A DNA stretch of 64,000 bases. Source: Podarcis pityusensis. Taxonomy: Eukaryota. The DNA lies in assembly GCA_964106645.2 (NCBI GenBank), contig OZ067044.1; one strand, written 5' to 3'. The notes beneath the pieces are model-generated. The model worked only from the letters and a program-made list of their open reading frames with translations, was not told where the DNA came from and ran no database searches. Within the stretch, counting starts at the first letter, position 1, and each line of letters starts with the position of its first letter. Position numbers and translations under genes: made by a program. Shown here in pieces: positions 51,764 to 64,000 of this stretch.

Positions 51764-52249
51764 TGTCGCATTTGCCTCCTAGGTGGGTCATAAGGAAAGG
51801 TTTAAAATGAGTGTGATGTGATTGGCCAGAGAGAAACTGATAGGAGGAGTTAGAGTGAGAGTGGGTGTTGTGTGAAAGTCAGTTGAGAGTTGGGAGTTGA
51901 AGAAGAAAGAGGGAGAATATGTCTGTGGGTTGGTGGAGTTGTGTTGTGAGGGAGGGAGAGGAATTGTTAGGTGGAGTCAGATAGATAGTTGGAATAATCA
52001 GTTTGAAGTTGTTAGGAACGCATAGGACAGTTAAGGAATTAAGATTAAGAAACTGCCAAGGGAAATTAACTGAAACCATAAGCTTGTTCATGCCTATAAA
52101 TAAACTTGATTATTTGTTAGTGTTCACAACTGTCCGGACTCCGTGATTACCCGTGAGAAACGGGTTGGTGGCAGTGAAGAAAGCAATCACAGTGGTGGCA
52201 CAGGGTCAATAGACCGTCAAATGTCTGGGGACGCTGTGCGATCACTACA
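51764..52249 (+). mobile_element. Solo LTR (486 bp)
   Basis: TGT...ACA termini, 5-bp TSD atggc (51759-51763 and 52250-52254), plus-strand AATAAA at ~52098. Orientation is inferred from the polyA signal. Confidence 0.8.
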
Positions 52250-52778
52250 ATGGCCCTCTCTGTGATAGCACCCACCCTCTGAACAGCATCTCTCAGGTGG
52301 AGGAAGTGATTACTTTTAAATTCCTTCTTTTAAATTTGTCCAATATTTCCTGGGCTCTGACCCAATTTTTAAAAAAAGTTATTTTGCACACTGCTCAGTT
52401 TTATGTGACATATACAGTTGTGTTGTGTTTTTATTTCATTTTTAACCAGCTTTTAGGAATATTTTATTGAATGCTACAGCATTTTTACTAAGTTTATGTT
52501 AGTCATTTAGTAACTTTTATTATTTTAAGTGTATACTTATTCAATAAACAAATAAAAATATTTCTCAGGAAGAAAACACCAGTAAAATTGAATTGAAGAG
52601 GGGGGAATACGTGTTTCTCATAAACTATCCATTTGCAATTCAATGTGGACGCTTACAAAATTAAGTTCAACAAAGAAAATTTCAAATTCAATATTGAATA
52701 ACTAGGATATATTCTTATTCAACGTTATGGAGTCTGAACAATGGCTGAGAGATAGAAGAAACCAAGTCAGATACTAAC

Positions 52779-55136
52779 CGTTACACAGAGCAGGTCCTGC
52801 TGCTTCCCATTATCAGCAGAAGAAGGAATGTTGGGGCTGAAGACCATAAGGTCACTCTTGGCTCCAGCCTCCCCGCTCACACCTGCCAGGATGTGGCTGT
52901 GGCGATTTGAATAGGACCAGCTGCCCACTTCACTGGCACATACCAGCGTGGCTGTACCAGGACCATACACCATGGCCTCCTTGGCCTGGCAACGGCATCG
53001 CAAGGCCACGTAAAAGATTACTGCTAGGAGGAACAAGCTGGACACTGAGCAGATGGCAATGATCAGGTAGACATTGACATTGTCCACCAAAGACTTTGGG
53101 CTTTCACCTGTCCTGGAAAGGCGGGTATCCGTTTTGATGGCCTGCGCACTGGTTACCAGTGACACACTCAATGTGGCTGTGGTTGAGAGTTGAGGCTTCC
53201 CATGATCTTTCACCAAAACCAGCAGGCTCTGACTTCTGCTGACTTCTGCCTCATCTACAGCACGTATGGTACTGATCTCTCCACTATACAGGCCCACACG
53301 CCATGGTCCACTTGTCACCTCATGCAGTTCATATCGCAGCCATGCATTGTATCCTGAGTCAGCATCCAGAGCATGGATCTTGCCCACTGTGTGCCCAGAC
53401 CCCATAGGAAGCACTAGGAGAATGGGGTTCTCTTCTGTTGTCCCTGACACTGCAGGTGCGTTGTCATTCTCGTCCACCACAAAAACCTGAATAGTCACAT
53501 TGCCACACAGGGAGGGCAGCCCAGCATCCTTGGCCCTCACTTGGAACTCCAGCAGCTTCAGCTCCTCATAGTCCAAGGGTTGCAAGGCATAGACCTTCCC
53601 ACTCTCCGAGTGCACTGAGATGTAGCTTGTCAATGGCCAGAGCTTGTCATCGATCCAGTAGCTAACCAAGGAGTTCTCAGCCACATCCGGGTCTGAAGCA
53701 GACACTGTGAAGATGTGAGCACCAGGTGGGTTGTTCTCCTTCACAAAGACTGTGTAGGAGGGTTGTGCGAAAGTGGGTGCATTGTCATTTATGTCACTAA
53801 TTGGAACTAATAAGCTACCACTAGCTGACTGTGGTGGGACACCTTGGTCCTGGGCCATCACCATCAACTTATACTCAGCTACCTGCTCCCGATCCAGGAG
53901 TTCAGACACTACTAATGAGTAGTAGTTCTTGAACGTGGACGCCAGTTTGAAGGGAAGCCCAGGAGGCCACAGTGAGCAGCTTACTTGGCCATTGGCCCCA
54001 GAGTCCCTGTCTGAGACACTGATTAAGGCTACCACTGTCCCCAGTGGGGAGTCCTCTGGCACTGGCACAGAGAGGGATGAGACTGACACCTCTGGGGCAT
54101 TATCATTCACATCCAGCACCTCAATTATCACTTGGCAATGTCCAGACAAAGGAAGGATACCTTTATTTTCTGCCACAATCTGAAGATCATATACACTAAT
54201 GTCTTCGAAATCAATTTTTCCATTTACCATTATTTCCCCGGTATTGGAATTTATGGTAAAAATCTTTTGGAAATTTAGTGGCACATGGTTAGTAAAAGAA
54301 TAGGAGATCTCCTTATTAATTCCTTCATCTAAATCAGTGGCATTCAGCTTAATAACCAATGTTCCAGTAGCTGCATTTTCCAATAATGTTACCTTGTAAA
54401 CTGATTGGTTAAATACAGGAGGGTTGTCATTTGCATCTAGCACATTAATCACCAGCTGGACTGTGCCTGTGAGCTCTGGTTTGCCTCCATCAGTGGCTGT
54501 GAGTGAAAGACGGTGCACAGGAGCCTCTTCCCTGTCCAATGGCTTCTTTAAAACAATTGCTAAGGGTTTATTGTGCTGGTCACCTGTTTTCTGTTCTACA
54601 ATGAAATAGTCATTGGGCCTGAGCTTGTAGGTTAGCAGAGCATTAGTGCCAATATCTGCATCAGAAGCTCCCTCTAAAGGGAATCTGCTGCCAGGTGCTG
54701 TTATAATTTCTGCTATGCTCAGAATTTGTTCACTTGCAGAGAAAATGGGGGCATTGTCATTTATGTCCCTGATCTCCACCTCTATATGGAAAACCCTCAG
54801 AGGTTTGTCCACAATCACCTCCAGGTGAACGGCACATTCAAGATTCTTAGCACACAGCTCCTCCCTGTCTATCCGGGAATTCACAAACAAGATCCCATTC
54901 TGCACATTTACCTCAAAATAGTCCTCCTGTCCTTTGGACATCATCCGGAACATCCGAGGCACCAGCTCCTCCACCTCCAGCCCCAGATCCTGGGCAATGC
55001 GGCCCACAAAGGTGCCGTGCTGGGATTCCTCCGGCACAGAATAATGGAGCTGGCCGCTCCCCACCATCCAGGCTGCGTGGAGGAGAAGCAGCTGCAGGAG
55101 CTGCTTTGCCACCGAATCATTCTGCCAGGCAACCAT
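52779..55136 (-). CDS. PCDHA: Protocadherin alpha alternate variable exon, 786 codons (alternative ATG at 55145)
   Basis: ORF 52767-55151. Six EC repeats, TM, VCD, predicted phase-0 donor ACG|GTTAGT at 52779/52778. Confidence 0.94.
54667..54680 (-). promoter_or_regulatory. Exonic CTCF site (eCBS), weaker
   Basis: CCTTTAGAGGGAGC in the PLEGA codons. Confidence 0.6.
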
Positions 55137-55161
55137 TGCAAGCATAGCCACAAATTGTTGT

Positions 55162-55200
55162 CTTCTTCCTTCCTTCCTTCTTTCCTTCCTTCCTTTCTTT
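55162..55200. repeat. (GGAA)n-like microsatellite in the 5' UTR
   Basis: cttccttccttccttc run directly upstream of the ATG. Confidence 0.85.
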
Positions 55201-55404
55201 TTATAAATCCTTTTCTTTAATGTAGTGTAGAGCAGAGTCCAAGGAGCCCATCTGAATTGGTATTTGTGAAGTCATTTGAATAGACGCCGGTGCTCTTGCA
55301 TTCTGTGCTTGATAGTCCCATTGTGAATCTGACAGGCAGGGTTTTCAGTCACTCTGAGGGAGGAGCTCTAAATGTTCTTTCTTCTTAAATATTTCCTTAG
55401 GCAA

Positions 55405-55437
55405 CAGTGACCTCTAGCGAATGATTGTAGAAATGGA
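55405..55437 (-). promoter_or_regulatory. Promoter CSE / pCBS
   Basis: TCCATTTCT-5nt-CATTCGCTAGAGGTCACTG. Confidence 0.8.
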
Positions 55438-57571
55438 GAAGCAGAGAAGCAGGTGACTAAACCATGAAACATTTTGTGATAAGTGCCTGTTCTTCAGAGA
55501 TTTTATGCACTTCTACTTTCAACTGAAGTTATTAAAGTCCATTCATACTTCTAATGTGGTGGTTCACATTACAACATTACTGTTGCACACTCAGTTATCA
55601 TAACAGCTTATATCTGAATGGGTGGACTGACTCCTCCAAGAAGGGTTGCACTTGTGCTGATACCAAATGATAAGAAAGTTCTGCCAGTTGTGTTAGATCC
55701 ATGAAGGCTCATTCACCAATTGATATTGAAGTGATACGACACTTGATTATGCTCTTATACGTTTATTGGGGGAAAGTGTCATGTATTTTTCAAGATCAAA
55801 GTGCCTGTTATATGTAATAGCATGTAGCCCTCTCTTTTCATACATTTTCCAGCAACCTCTGGCATGCAACTCCATGCTTAATAGCCTGTAACTCTCAAGA
55901 GTTGAGAGGAGTAGACACTGAATGAGTTATATAGGGAAACAACAATGCACACTAGACATTACACAGCAATGTGATGGGCCTTGCAGATGATGCTGGAATC
56001 TTGAGCAGAGAAATGGGAGGGGAAGCAGCTGCTTAATCTTTACACAACATTTGCTCATGTTTGCATAAAAATTCTAGTTCAGCCAATAAAAAGGTGGGAT
56101 AGTGCTTCTTCTTCTAGCAAGTTCTTTTAAAATCAACAGCAGATTGCAATCGTAAGCATACATAAGAGTCCATAGGGCTTGAGATTGCACCCATAAAGAC
56201 TTACCTGGCATCAATCACCATTTAGCACAGTTGGGCTCATTTCTGAGTGAGTATGCATAGGATCAGGTGGCATATTTGAGAATTTCCACCTAAGTCCTAA
56301 CTAAATAATTTGCCGTTTTTTAAAAAGTTAAGAACCGTCATTTAGGGCTTTTGTTAGTTTCACACATATAATAGCTCCCCTAATACTAGAACTCTGATGG
56401 TGGAACTGCATTATATGATACTAACACGGGGTTGACAAACCCACCTCTGCCTTCACTGTCAGGGTCTACCCACCAAGTTCAATGGGGCTTACTGCAAGTA
56501 TATGGGTACAGGACTGCAGCCTTAGACACACCTAAGTGGCACTGAAATCAATGGGAACAGTTAGTCATGAAACCCAACAGGTTTCATTTACTGCTCTGGC
56601 AAATGTGCTCCAAGATACTTTTAACCAAGATGCATTTTCATCTTCCTGGACGTTGTTCTTGCTTCACTTGTCTCGATGACTGACCTATCTCACAAGAAGT
56701 TAAACCTGCTACAGTCATCAAAAAGTAATTAAAAGACCCTCTGTAAAGGATCAGAAGCACTATTTCTCTTGTATTGCAATTTTAATTTAAGAATTACAAA
56801 GAGGAGAAACGGATGAGAGACAAAGTGAAAGCATTCTGCACTTTCTTATGCTTTGGGTAATTCAATTTATCTTCTTTCCACCCAAAGGTAAATTGTGATT
56901 AAATATAAAAGAGGTAAACAGTAAAATTGCAAGGCTCAGAATTTGACTCAGCAGGAGATGAAAATATTTTAAATTATTACTATAAATATGGAAACATGCA
57001 AAACAATATTAAGAACTCATAACACTAGAAGGTATTTAAATATTATTTTACATATTAGTTACTTTTCAAACATTCAATATACCGGTACTCAAAAACAATT
57101 AGGAATTCCCTACAATTAGTTGTAGGGAAAGTGAACAATACTGAAAAGGCTGTGGTTGATATGGAAAAGGGAATTGCAGCCATTAGTATGAAAATAGAAA
57201 AAATGGAAACAACAAAGACAGAATTTAAACTACTGTGAGAAGTGAAAGCAAAAGACAGAAAATATAGCTCTCACAGTCAGTAAACATGATTTGAGGAGAC
57301 AACCCAGGAACAACACAAGAAGAATTAAAAACTTAGAAGCCTCCCAGAATACATAGAAAGTGAGGACATAGTCACCATTTTAGAAGAACATCTATCAAAT
57401 TACATACAGCTTGATAGATTATGTACAATTGGTACTGAAGTTGTTTCAGAGGAGAAAGTAAAATCAAGACTGGCCTCAGCAATTTAAGAAAAGCAACTTA
57501 AGATAAAGTCATCTTGGTCAATTTAATTATTCATCCTGCTACTTTGAAGGAAAAGGAATTTAAGTTTCTTA

Positions 57572-57790
57572 CAGTGATACCTCGGATGCTTCTGGTTGCA
57601 GACTCCGCTAACCCAGAAATAGTACCTCAGGTTAAGAACTTTGCTTCAGGATAAGAACAGAAATCGTGCTCCGGTGGCGCAGCAGCAGCGGGAGGCCCCA
57701 TTAGCTAAAGTGGTACCTCAGGTTAAGAACGGTTTCAGGTTAAGAACGGACCTTCAGAACAAATTAAGTTCTTAACCCGAGGTACCACTG
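57572..57790. mobile_element. Tc1/mariner-type MITE nested in L1
   Basis: CAGTGATACCTC...GAGGTACCACTG, TA TSD. Confidence 0.9.
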
Positions 57791-59638
57791 TACATCAATG
57801 GCCAGCTCTCTTGCTTGCTCGCTCTGTCCCCTTTTAAGTTAATTATTTTGTTTGTTTGTTTTCAAAAGAGGTTAAGATTAAGACAGGGAAGGAAGCTTTA
57901 CAGCTGAAAGCATATATAGAGGAAATTTCCATGCCAGATAATGTTAGATAATGGCCACAGAAATGAATACAACAAAATCAGAATAAAAAATTAATTTAAG
58001 AATAAAGAAAACCAGAGAAGACAAATAAATAATACTGGGGAAAGAGCTGGGCAAGATTCTCTGAAGGAAGCAAAGGAACAAGCTATCTCAGATCAGTAAA
58101 CTCTAATAAATCTGAAGAAGATAAAATAATTAGTGAGAATAAGGTTCACTTTTTTCTCCTTGTTAGTGCTTTGTTTTAATTGTTAAATGACCATAAAGCA
58201 AATTCAGTAAGAACTCTCTCATTGATTGTAAAGGTGCTGAACTCTGCTTTGAAATGTTGGAAATTTACAATAAAATTTTGTTCAGAAAATGCAGGTTTTA
58301 TATTTCTGCAAGAAATACAGTTAAAAGCAGGGAAAATATCTGAATGAAATTAGATTAGGGCAAGTCTTCACTGCTTCAGAAGTAGTGGTATTAGTTAAAA
58401 ATGGGTTAATCAAGAAATATTGAGAGATGATGGGGGAAGAACATGTTAGTATTTATATATGGTCCACATAACTCACAAGGAATATTCAGTTTAAAAAATA
58501 GATTCAATTAGATAGATTTTATAATGGATACATAATTATGGCAGGTAACCTGAATTAGTGAAGCATTAATGATTTTAAAGAAATTTAAATATATCAAAAA
58601 TATCTAATGATATCCAGAGAAAACTAGAGGCTCCCTTTTATTTATCATATGTAAGACTGATTATAATTAATATTTAAATGACAAATATTTGCTCGTGGGA
58701 TATGGCAAGAATCACCATGATATCTAAATCTAATGAATACCTAGCAAACCAGGAATCTTATAGATCTATTTCATTGTTAAACCAAGGTGTGAAAATCTAG
58801 TTCTGTAATATTGCAGAAAAAGTAATAGCCATCATTGTGAAGTACATACATATTGACTGGATTCTTGAGAGACAGAAAATGATAAACTAATATGAAAATA
58901 ACCTTTTCATTATTAATATGATAATAAGATGAAAAACTAACATCTGTACTGTTATTTTTGATGCCAAAAAGGCTTTTGATAGAGTGGAGTGGAAATATCT
59001 GATAGAGGTTATGAACTATTTCAGACTGGGTTTAAATTTCAGGTCCTAGATCCAACTTTTATATCAGACACCAACAGCACAGGTACAGATGACTGGCTAT
59101 CTCTTAGATCTTTTTTCACTGTGCAGAATAAATAGGCAAGGATGCCCATTTTTACCTCTATTTTTTTGTTTTAGCTATCAAACAATTAAAGCAATTACAT
59201 TAAATTTGATCAATTATTAAGTTAGAGCAATTATAGCAATTAGAGAAGAATTTGAAATGTATTAAATGTGATAGGGGGTAATTCATACAAAAAAAATCTT
59301 GCTCATAATGGATGACATCTTTTAAACATTAGCGCATCCTTAATACTTCTTATAGACATTTTAAAAGATATGAGATACATATGGGTAAAATATCAATATA
59401 TAAACTCTAGAAAATCTGAATAGATAGGCCTAGCTTCAGATAAAGAGTTGAAAAAAAGAATGAACAGGAACTGTGTATATAACTTGGTAATCTAAACCTG
59501 TTAAATGATTCTTCATAATTTGTCACAATTAATTAGAATCAATTATGAAAAATTGCACCAGGAGATGGAATCAGCATTAAGATCTTGGATCCAGTTTCCT
59601 GGATGGGTCGTATTGCAATTGCTAAAATATCTATTTTC

Positions 59639-59641
59639 TAT

Positions 59642-59676
<35 letters not shown>

Positions 59677-59679
59677 TTT
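59639..59679. repeat. (ATTT)n microsatellite
   Basis: Direct reading. Confidence 0.9.
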
Positions 59680-60429
59680 TTGCAAATATGGCATTAATCC
59701 ATTTGGGGTTGCATGGCGGGGATCCACTTGTTGCAGTAAAACAAACTGAACAGGGGAGTATGGGAGTTCCAAATATACAAAACTTCTTATGCTGCAAAGC
59801 TAAGATCTATCATGGAGTGGTATCTGATCACACTACCAGAAAACTATTTTAAAGAGTCAATCAAAGACAATGCTATGGTTCCAGAAGAATTGGGAAAGTT
59901 TGCTAGTAAAGTACCATGTGTTCACAGTGCTCTAATAAGTTGGTATAAATTAATTAAGAAAATCTTCCCAGCCTTATCATCCCACACATTATTTCATAAC
60001 ATATTTCTATCACATACACAAAAGATGATAGGGGATTTGACATTATGGTATCAAACAGAAGAGGATAGTGTTAAGAACAACATATCCAGGCAAGAAATTA
60101 AATGATACACAAAAGTTATTAAAATTATGGGTGGTCTTCAGTCACAATTATATTAGCATTTTCTAATAAAAGAAGCATTTCTATGTTTACTAAGAAAACA
60201 TTGTGTCTCAAGGGAGGAAACTGAATTTGAAATTCTAACTACTGTAATATCAAACTGTGAACTGCTAATATGCATTCCATAATTATGAAACTTTAGAATA
60301 AAACTGGAACGTTCATAAGGAAATGGGCCAGAGACTTAAAAGAGGTAACCTTGGATTTGGGTAGATATTTCCCTTTCGATTATATCTATGGATTTAAGTG
60401 GTATTTAACTCAGTTTAGACTCTCTAAGA

Positions 60430-60635
60430 CAGAGCTTTCCAAACTTTTCGGGTTGGTGACACACTTTTTAGACATGCATCATTTCACGACACAGTAATTC
60501 AGTTTTACTAGCAAACCAGAAGTTAAACTAACCCCTTTCCAGCCCCGGGAGGAAAGCAGGGAGTGTTCACGTGACACACCTACACACTGCAGCCAACACA
60601 CTAACGTGTTGTGACACACAGTTTGGAAAGTTCTG
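60430..60635. mobile_element. hAT-type MITE nested in L1
   Basis: TIR CAGAGCTTTCCAAACT / AGTTTGGAAAGTTCTG; 8-bp TSD ctctaaga/cactaaga. Confidence 0.85.
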
Positions 60636-63342
60636 CACTAAGATATACCCAACCACATAAGATGAATGTTGGAGATGTAGCAATCATCTTGCAGACTGTT
60701 TACGTACATTTTGCTCAGTAATTCAGAATTATTACTGATATTCAAAAATTCGCCTCAGAAATAACTGGATATTTCTTACCAAATGATTTCTAAATACAGT
60801 TATTGAATTATTTGGAGGGTATTGTACCAGAGGCAGATTCTGAAACAATAATAAAATTACTGATAGCTGTAAGGTTAGTTATTGCTAAAGTTTGGAAGAA
60901 GAACACAGTACTACCAATTCTAGACAAGTCTGAAATAATTTGGAACATTGTTGCATTATTTAAAAAAACCTGTATTATAGGAGAGAGGGAAATGAGCAAA
61001 TATACAGAGTTATAGAACAATGTCAATTTTTATTATATTTTGAAATATAAGTATGAAGATAATATATACCCTTATAATTTATTTGCATCATGGTAGTATA
61101 TTACTTATGTCATGTGTATATTCTTCTTTCTTTATTTTTATATAATTTAGTGGTAATTGTTTATGTTATATACTTAATTGTACTTATAAGTCTTATACGC
61201 TCTTTTAGATACAATAAAATAAAAAAAAACTTACTACATAATTCTAAAGCAGAGTCCCTCATTAAAAGTTCTGTAGAGAGAGATACTAATCCACTCTACT
61301 CACTCAAAATCCTTTTCAACATCTGCAAGCATATAGCTACTTTTTTATAATCCTTTTCATTCAGTACTGGTTCAGTAGAGATTAGCTTGCCTGCAAGAAA
61401 GTCAGTCTGCTTACAGTGTGTGCAACTTCCTATCACAGTAGCCCTTTTTGGATGATTAGGCTGATCTTTTCATTGCTACTTCCATATTTCTGGCAATTTA
61501 TTAAAGGATTGCTGTTTGCTCCATTATCTGAGATACACTGCCAAGGATTCACCTAACCAGCCCCATCAGTGGAAGCCCTGTGCAAGGCTTTCCACTTGTA
61601 CGGTTTCCCTTCCTTCCCCCCCCCCTCCAAAAAATCACTTATGAGGGGTAGGAGAACCCCCAGAACAGCAAGCCAGTGGGAGTAGAGGGCTATTGATTCA
61701 TTTGGTTAGCTGGAATGCTTGTGAGAATGATTGGAAGAGTGCAACATTGAATTCCACCCACTATATTTTGTTTTTACTGCCTATCTTTACAGATTAATAA
61801 TGATATCCAACTAAGTCTTGCTCAGAAGAAACCCATTGAAATATCTTGTTAGTTGTGATTTTGATTTTGAGAATGATTTAGTTAAATACTGTACTATCCT
61901 AAATGTACAGTATTCTTATTTTACATTTTCACTCAATTTTTCTGCCTATGTTGGCTCCAAATGTGGCTTCCAATTAAAACATACGCAAACATACTATTAT
62001 TCTAAGGATATGTTGTGGTGTGTTTTAGAATAATCTTTGAGGCTCTGGCAGTTGATGACATATCCTGGTTCCAGGCTCTTTCTGCATAGGGAAGGGTCAG
62101 AGGAACTACAAGGCTGGCTGATGGTTAAGCTCCCAAGCTACAGAATCAGTACATCCAATGATCTGCAGATCTGAAGCATTTACAAGGGGCTGCTGAACTT
62201 ATGACTTCAGTGCCTGGTTCTCCTAGCACCACATAGACAACTGGTTTCTGAACAGCAACATGCTAAAATGGATGCCTAGAAGAAGCCCTATGTTTATTTT
62301 CATAAAGCTATCTATGATATCTCAGTTGTAAACTTATTTACTCAGAAAGAAGGCACACTGATATCAACAATTTGGAAGTGAAGTATCGAACAATTATCTT
62401 TGGCAGTAGAAGTGACAGAACACAAAGCAGGCAGAAGGGTGTGGTTTTTTTAAAAAAAAACCATTAAATTCACTTAACACAATATAAATTTGCTTTAGAG
62501 CATACACAATACGAAATATTTCTTCTATGTCTGTTGAATAAAATAATGCAAAACACTACAGCAATTGTTCATCAATGCTAATCTCAGGCTAGTTGCATTG
62601 CCATCTAATCTTTGCATAAACTGGCATCCCATAATATATATATTTATAGATATTTATAATAAATACATCAGACATGAGTAACTGAAGTTCTGTTTATAGG
62701 TTTGCATACATAATTGTCCATCCACAAAGGAGTCCTTTCATTTGTGGAAGTGTTATTGACCTAGTGGGTCTGTACTAATGGAAAAAGGGAGGCCATTTTC
62801 ACTTATATGGCCTCTGCTCTACAGGTCCCTGTGAATTCTAAGACCCTCCAGAACAGAGTGGAAGGTGGTGCAAATTCCTGTAGGAAAAAAAGTGAATTGG
62901 CAAAAATTGCCTCTGCCATTCCATTTGGGGAGGTCTCCAATCAGAAGCCTTCCCATTTGCAGAAGGACATTGAATGCAACACTCCCTGCCCCCTCCACCC
63001 CCAATCGCAAAAAGAGAGTTCCTCAGCTCATCATTGCACAGATATTAGGACTGAGTGCCTTTTTTCTTTTTTTCTTTTCCCTTACAATACCCTATAAAGG
63101 ACCTCCTTTACAGGACAAGCTACAGTGTGTTATTTCAGGATCCAACCACCCCTTTATCAAATAAGAACAGTAGAACCTGCACCCATATTTCCACAATATT
63201 CTCAGTGGAGGTGCACCAGAGATCATGAGTATGAATAAACTTTGCACTTTTTAAATGTAAAGACAAACACTGCTGTACCTACCTTAAACCGCGAAGTTAA
63301 CGAGGATAACTTTTAAGAAAGAAATGGAGAGAGATATAAGGC

Positions 63343-63495
63343 CAGTGCTTTTTTTCTGGGGGGACGCAGGGGTACGCAAACCCCTAAAAATTTTGTGAAT
63401 CTAAGTTTGGCCTCATTGAGGGGCAGTATTTCAATATGAGTAGGAAAATGAGAGTACACCTAAACATTTTATTTATTTATTTTAGAAAAAAAGCA
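63343..63495. mobile_element. Short non-autonomous DNA element (right TIR eroded)
   Basis: CAGTGCTTTTTTTCT ... AGAAAAAAAGCA inverted ends. Confidence 0.6.
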
Positions 63496-63931
63496 AAGTT
63501 GCATAATCTATGTTGCAGCATTCCTTGACTCTGGAAGTTTGTAACAAACACACACAGATTTTATTTTACTTACTGGGCTTTGGCCTTGACTGGATGGTTT
63601 GTCTCTGGCTTTCTGTGGTATTTTTATTTCGGAGATTAACCTTCTTTTATTTTTATTTTATTATTTATTAAAATTCCATACTACCCTTTATCAAAAGATC
63701 ATAGAACAGTTTACAATATAAAATTTTACATTTTTATGATGTACGTTTTAGGGTTTAACTTTGTTAGAAACTTTGGGCATAATTTTTTAATTTTTTTTTA
63801 AATATAAAGCCCCAAAATGTTTGATAGCTCTGCTTTCCATAATAGCACGTTTCGCTTCAGTGTTTTCACACCAAGAAGGTATAACAAAGAGAGAATAACT
63901 TCAAAGATTTTAAAGATCGCACATAACTCAC

Positions 63932-64000
63932 CTCATCTGATGAATTTGAAATAAGCTCCTTTCCATTTCCTGCATCCCCATTCATTGCAAATACAGGAAC
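63932..64000 (-). CDS. PCDHA: 3' end of a sixth protocadherin alpha variable exon (partial)
   Basis: Reads VPVFAMNGDAGNGKELISNSSDE then GAG|GTGAGT; homologous to [23 protein letters not shown] of the 35-kb exon. Missed by the ORF track. Confidence 0.88.

Larger units (their letters stand above)
57000..61230 (+). mobile_element. Old, long, degenerate L1 LINE
   Basis: EN FIFLQE (~58300), RT SYRSISLLNQ, FDAKKAFDRVEWKYL and RQGCP motifs, ECWRC zinc knuckle (~60665), AATAAA and A-tail at ~61212-61229. The 5' limit is approximate. Confidence 0.8.

Noticed and set aside
20837-55220. Recurrent plus-strand ORFs inside the exons (e.g. 20837-21304, 28600-28863, 36188-36442, 46082-46363, 53929-54183)
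   Set aside because: Antisense shadows of paralogous cadherin codons; their recurrence is explained by the sense-strand homology.

Overview
This is vertebrate DNA, not prokaryotic. It comes from a squamate reptile, most likely a lacertid lizard (Sauria SINEs of the Podarcis/Lacerta type), and covers the 3' part of the clustered protocadherin-alpha (Pcdha) variable region, transcribed on the minus strand. It holds five intact ~2.4-kb variable exons (signal peptide, EC1-EC6, TM, variable cytoplasmic domain), each ending in a phase-0 GT donor, plus the 3' end of a sixth at the right edge. Each complete exon has a promoter CTCF site (CSE/pCBS), and four of five carry the exonic CTCF site (eCBS) in the F-P-L-E-G-A codons, all co-oriented. 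The main find is at the left edge. Positions <1-~1740 give no useful ORF, but fragments across frames read as a colinear, heavily decayed C-type PCDHAC1 exon still fronted by a CpG island with CRE, CCAAT and CTCF-like motifs. Other notable features are the loss of the eCBS in one exon, CpG-free CTCF sites, mosaic gene-conversion tracts, a tailless 7SK retropseudogene, an antisense solo LTR next to an exon with a weak donor, a Tigger1-like element, and a transposon excision footprint inside a SINE TSD. Intergenic DNA is rich in L1, L2, CR1, Sauria SINE and Tc1/mariner and hAT MITEs. All comparisons to human sequences are from memory and by eye and need alignment.
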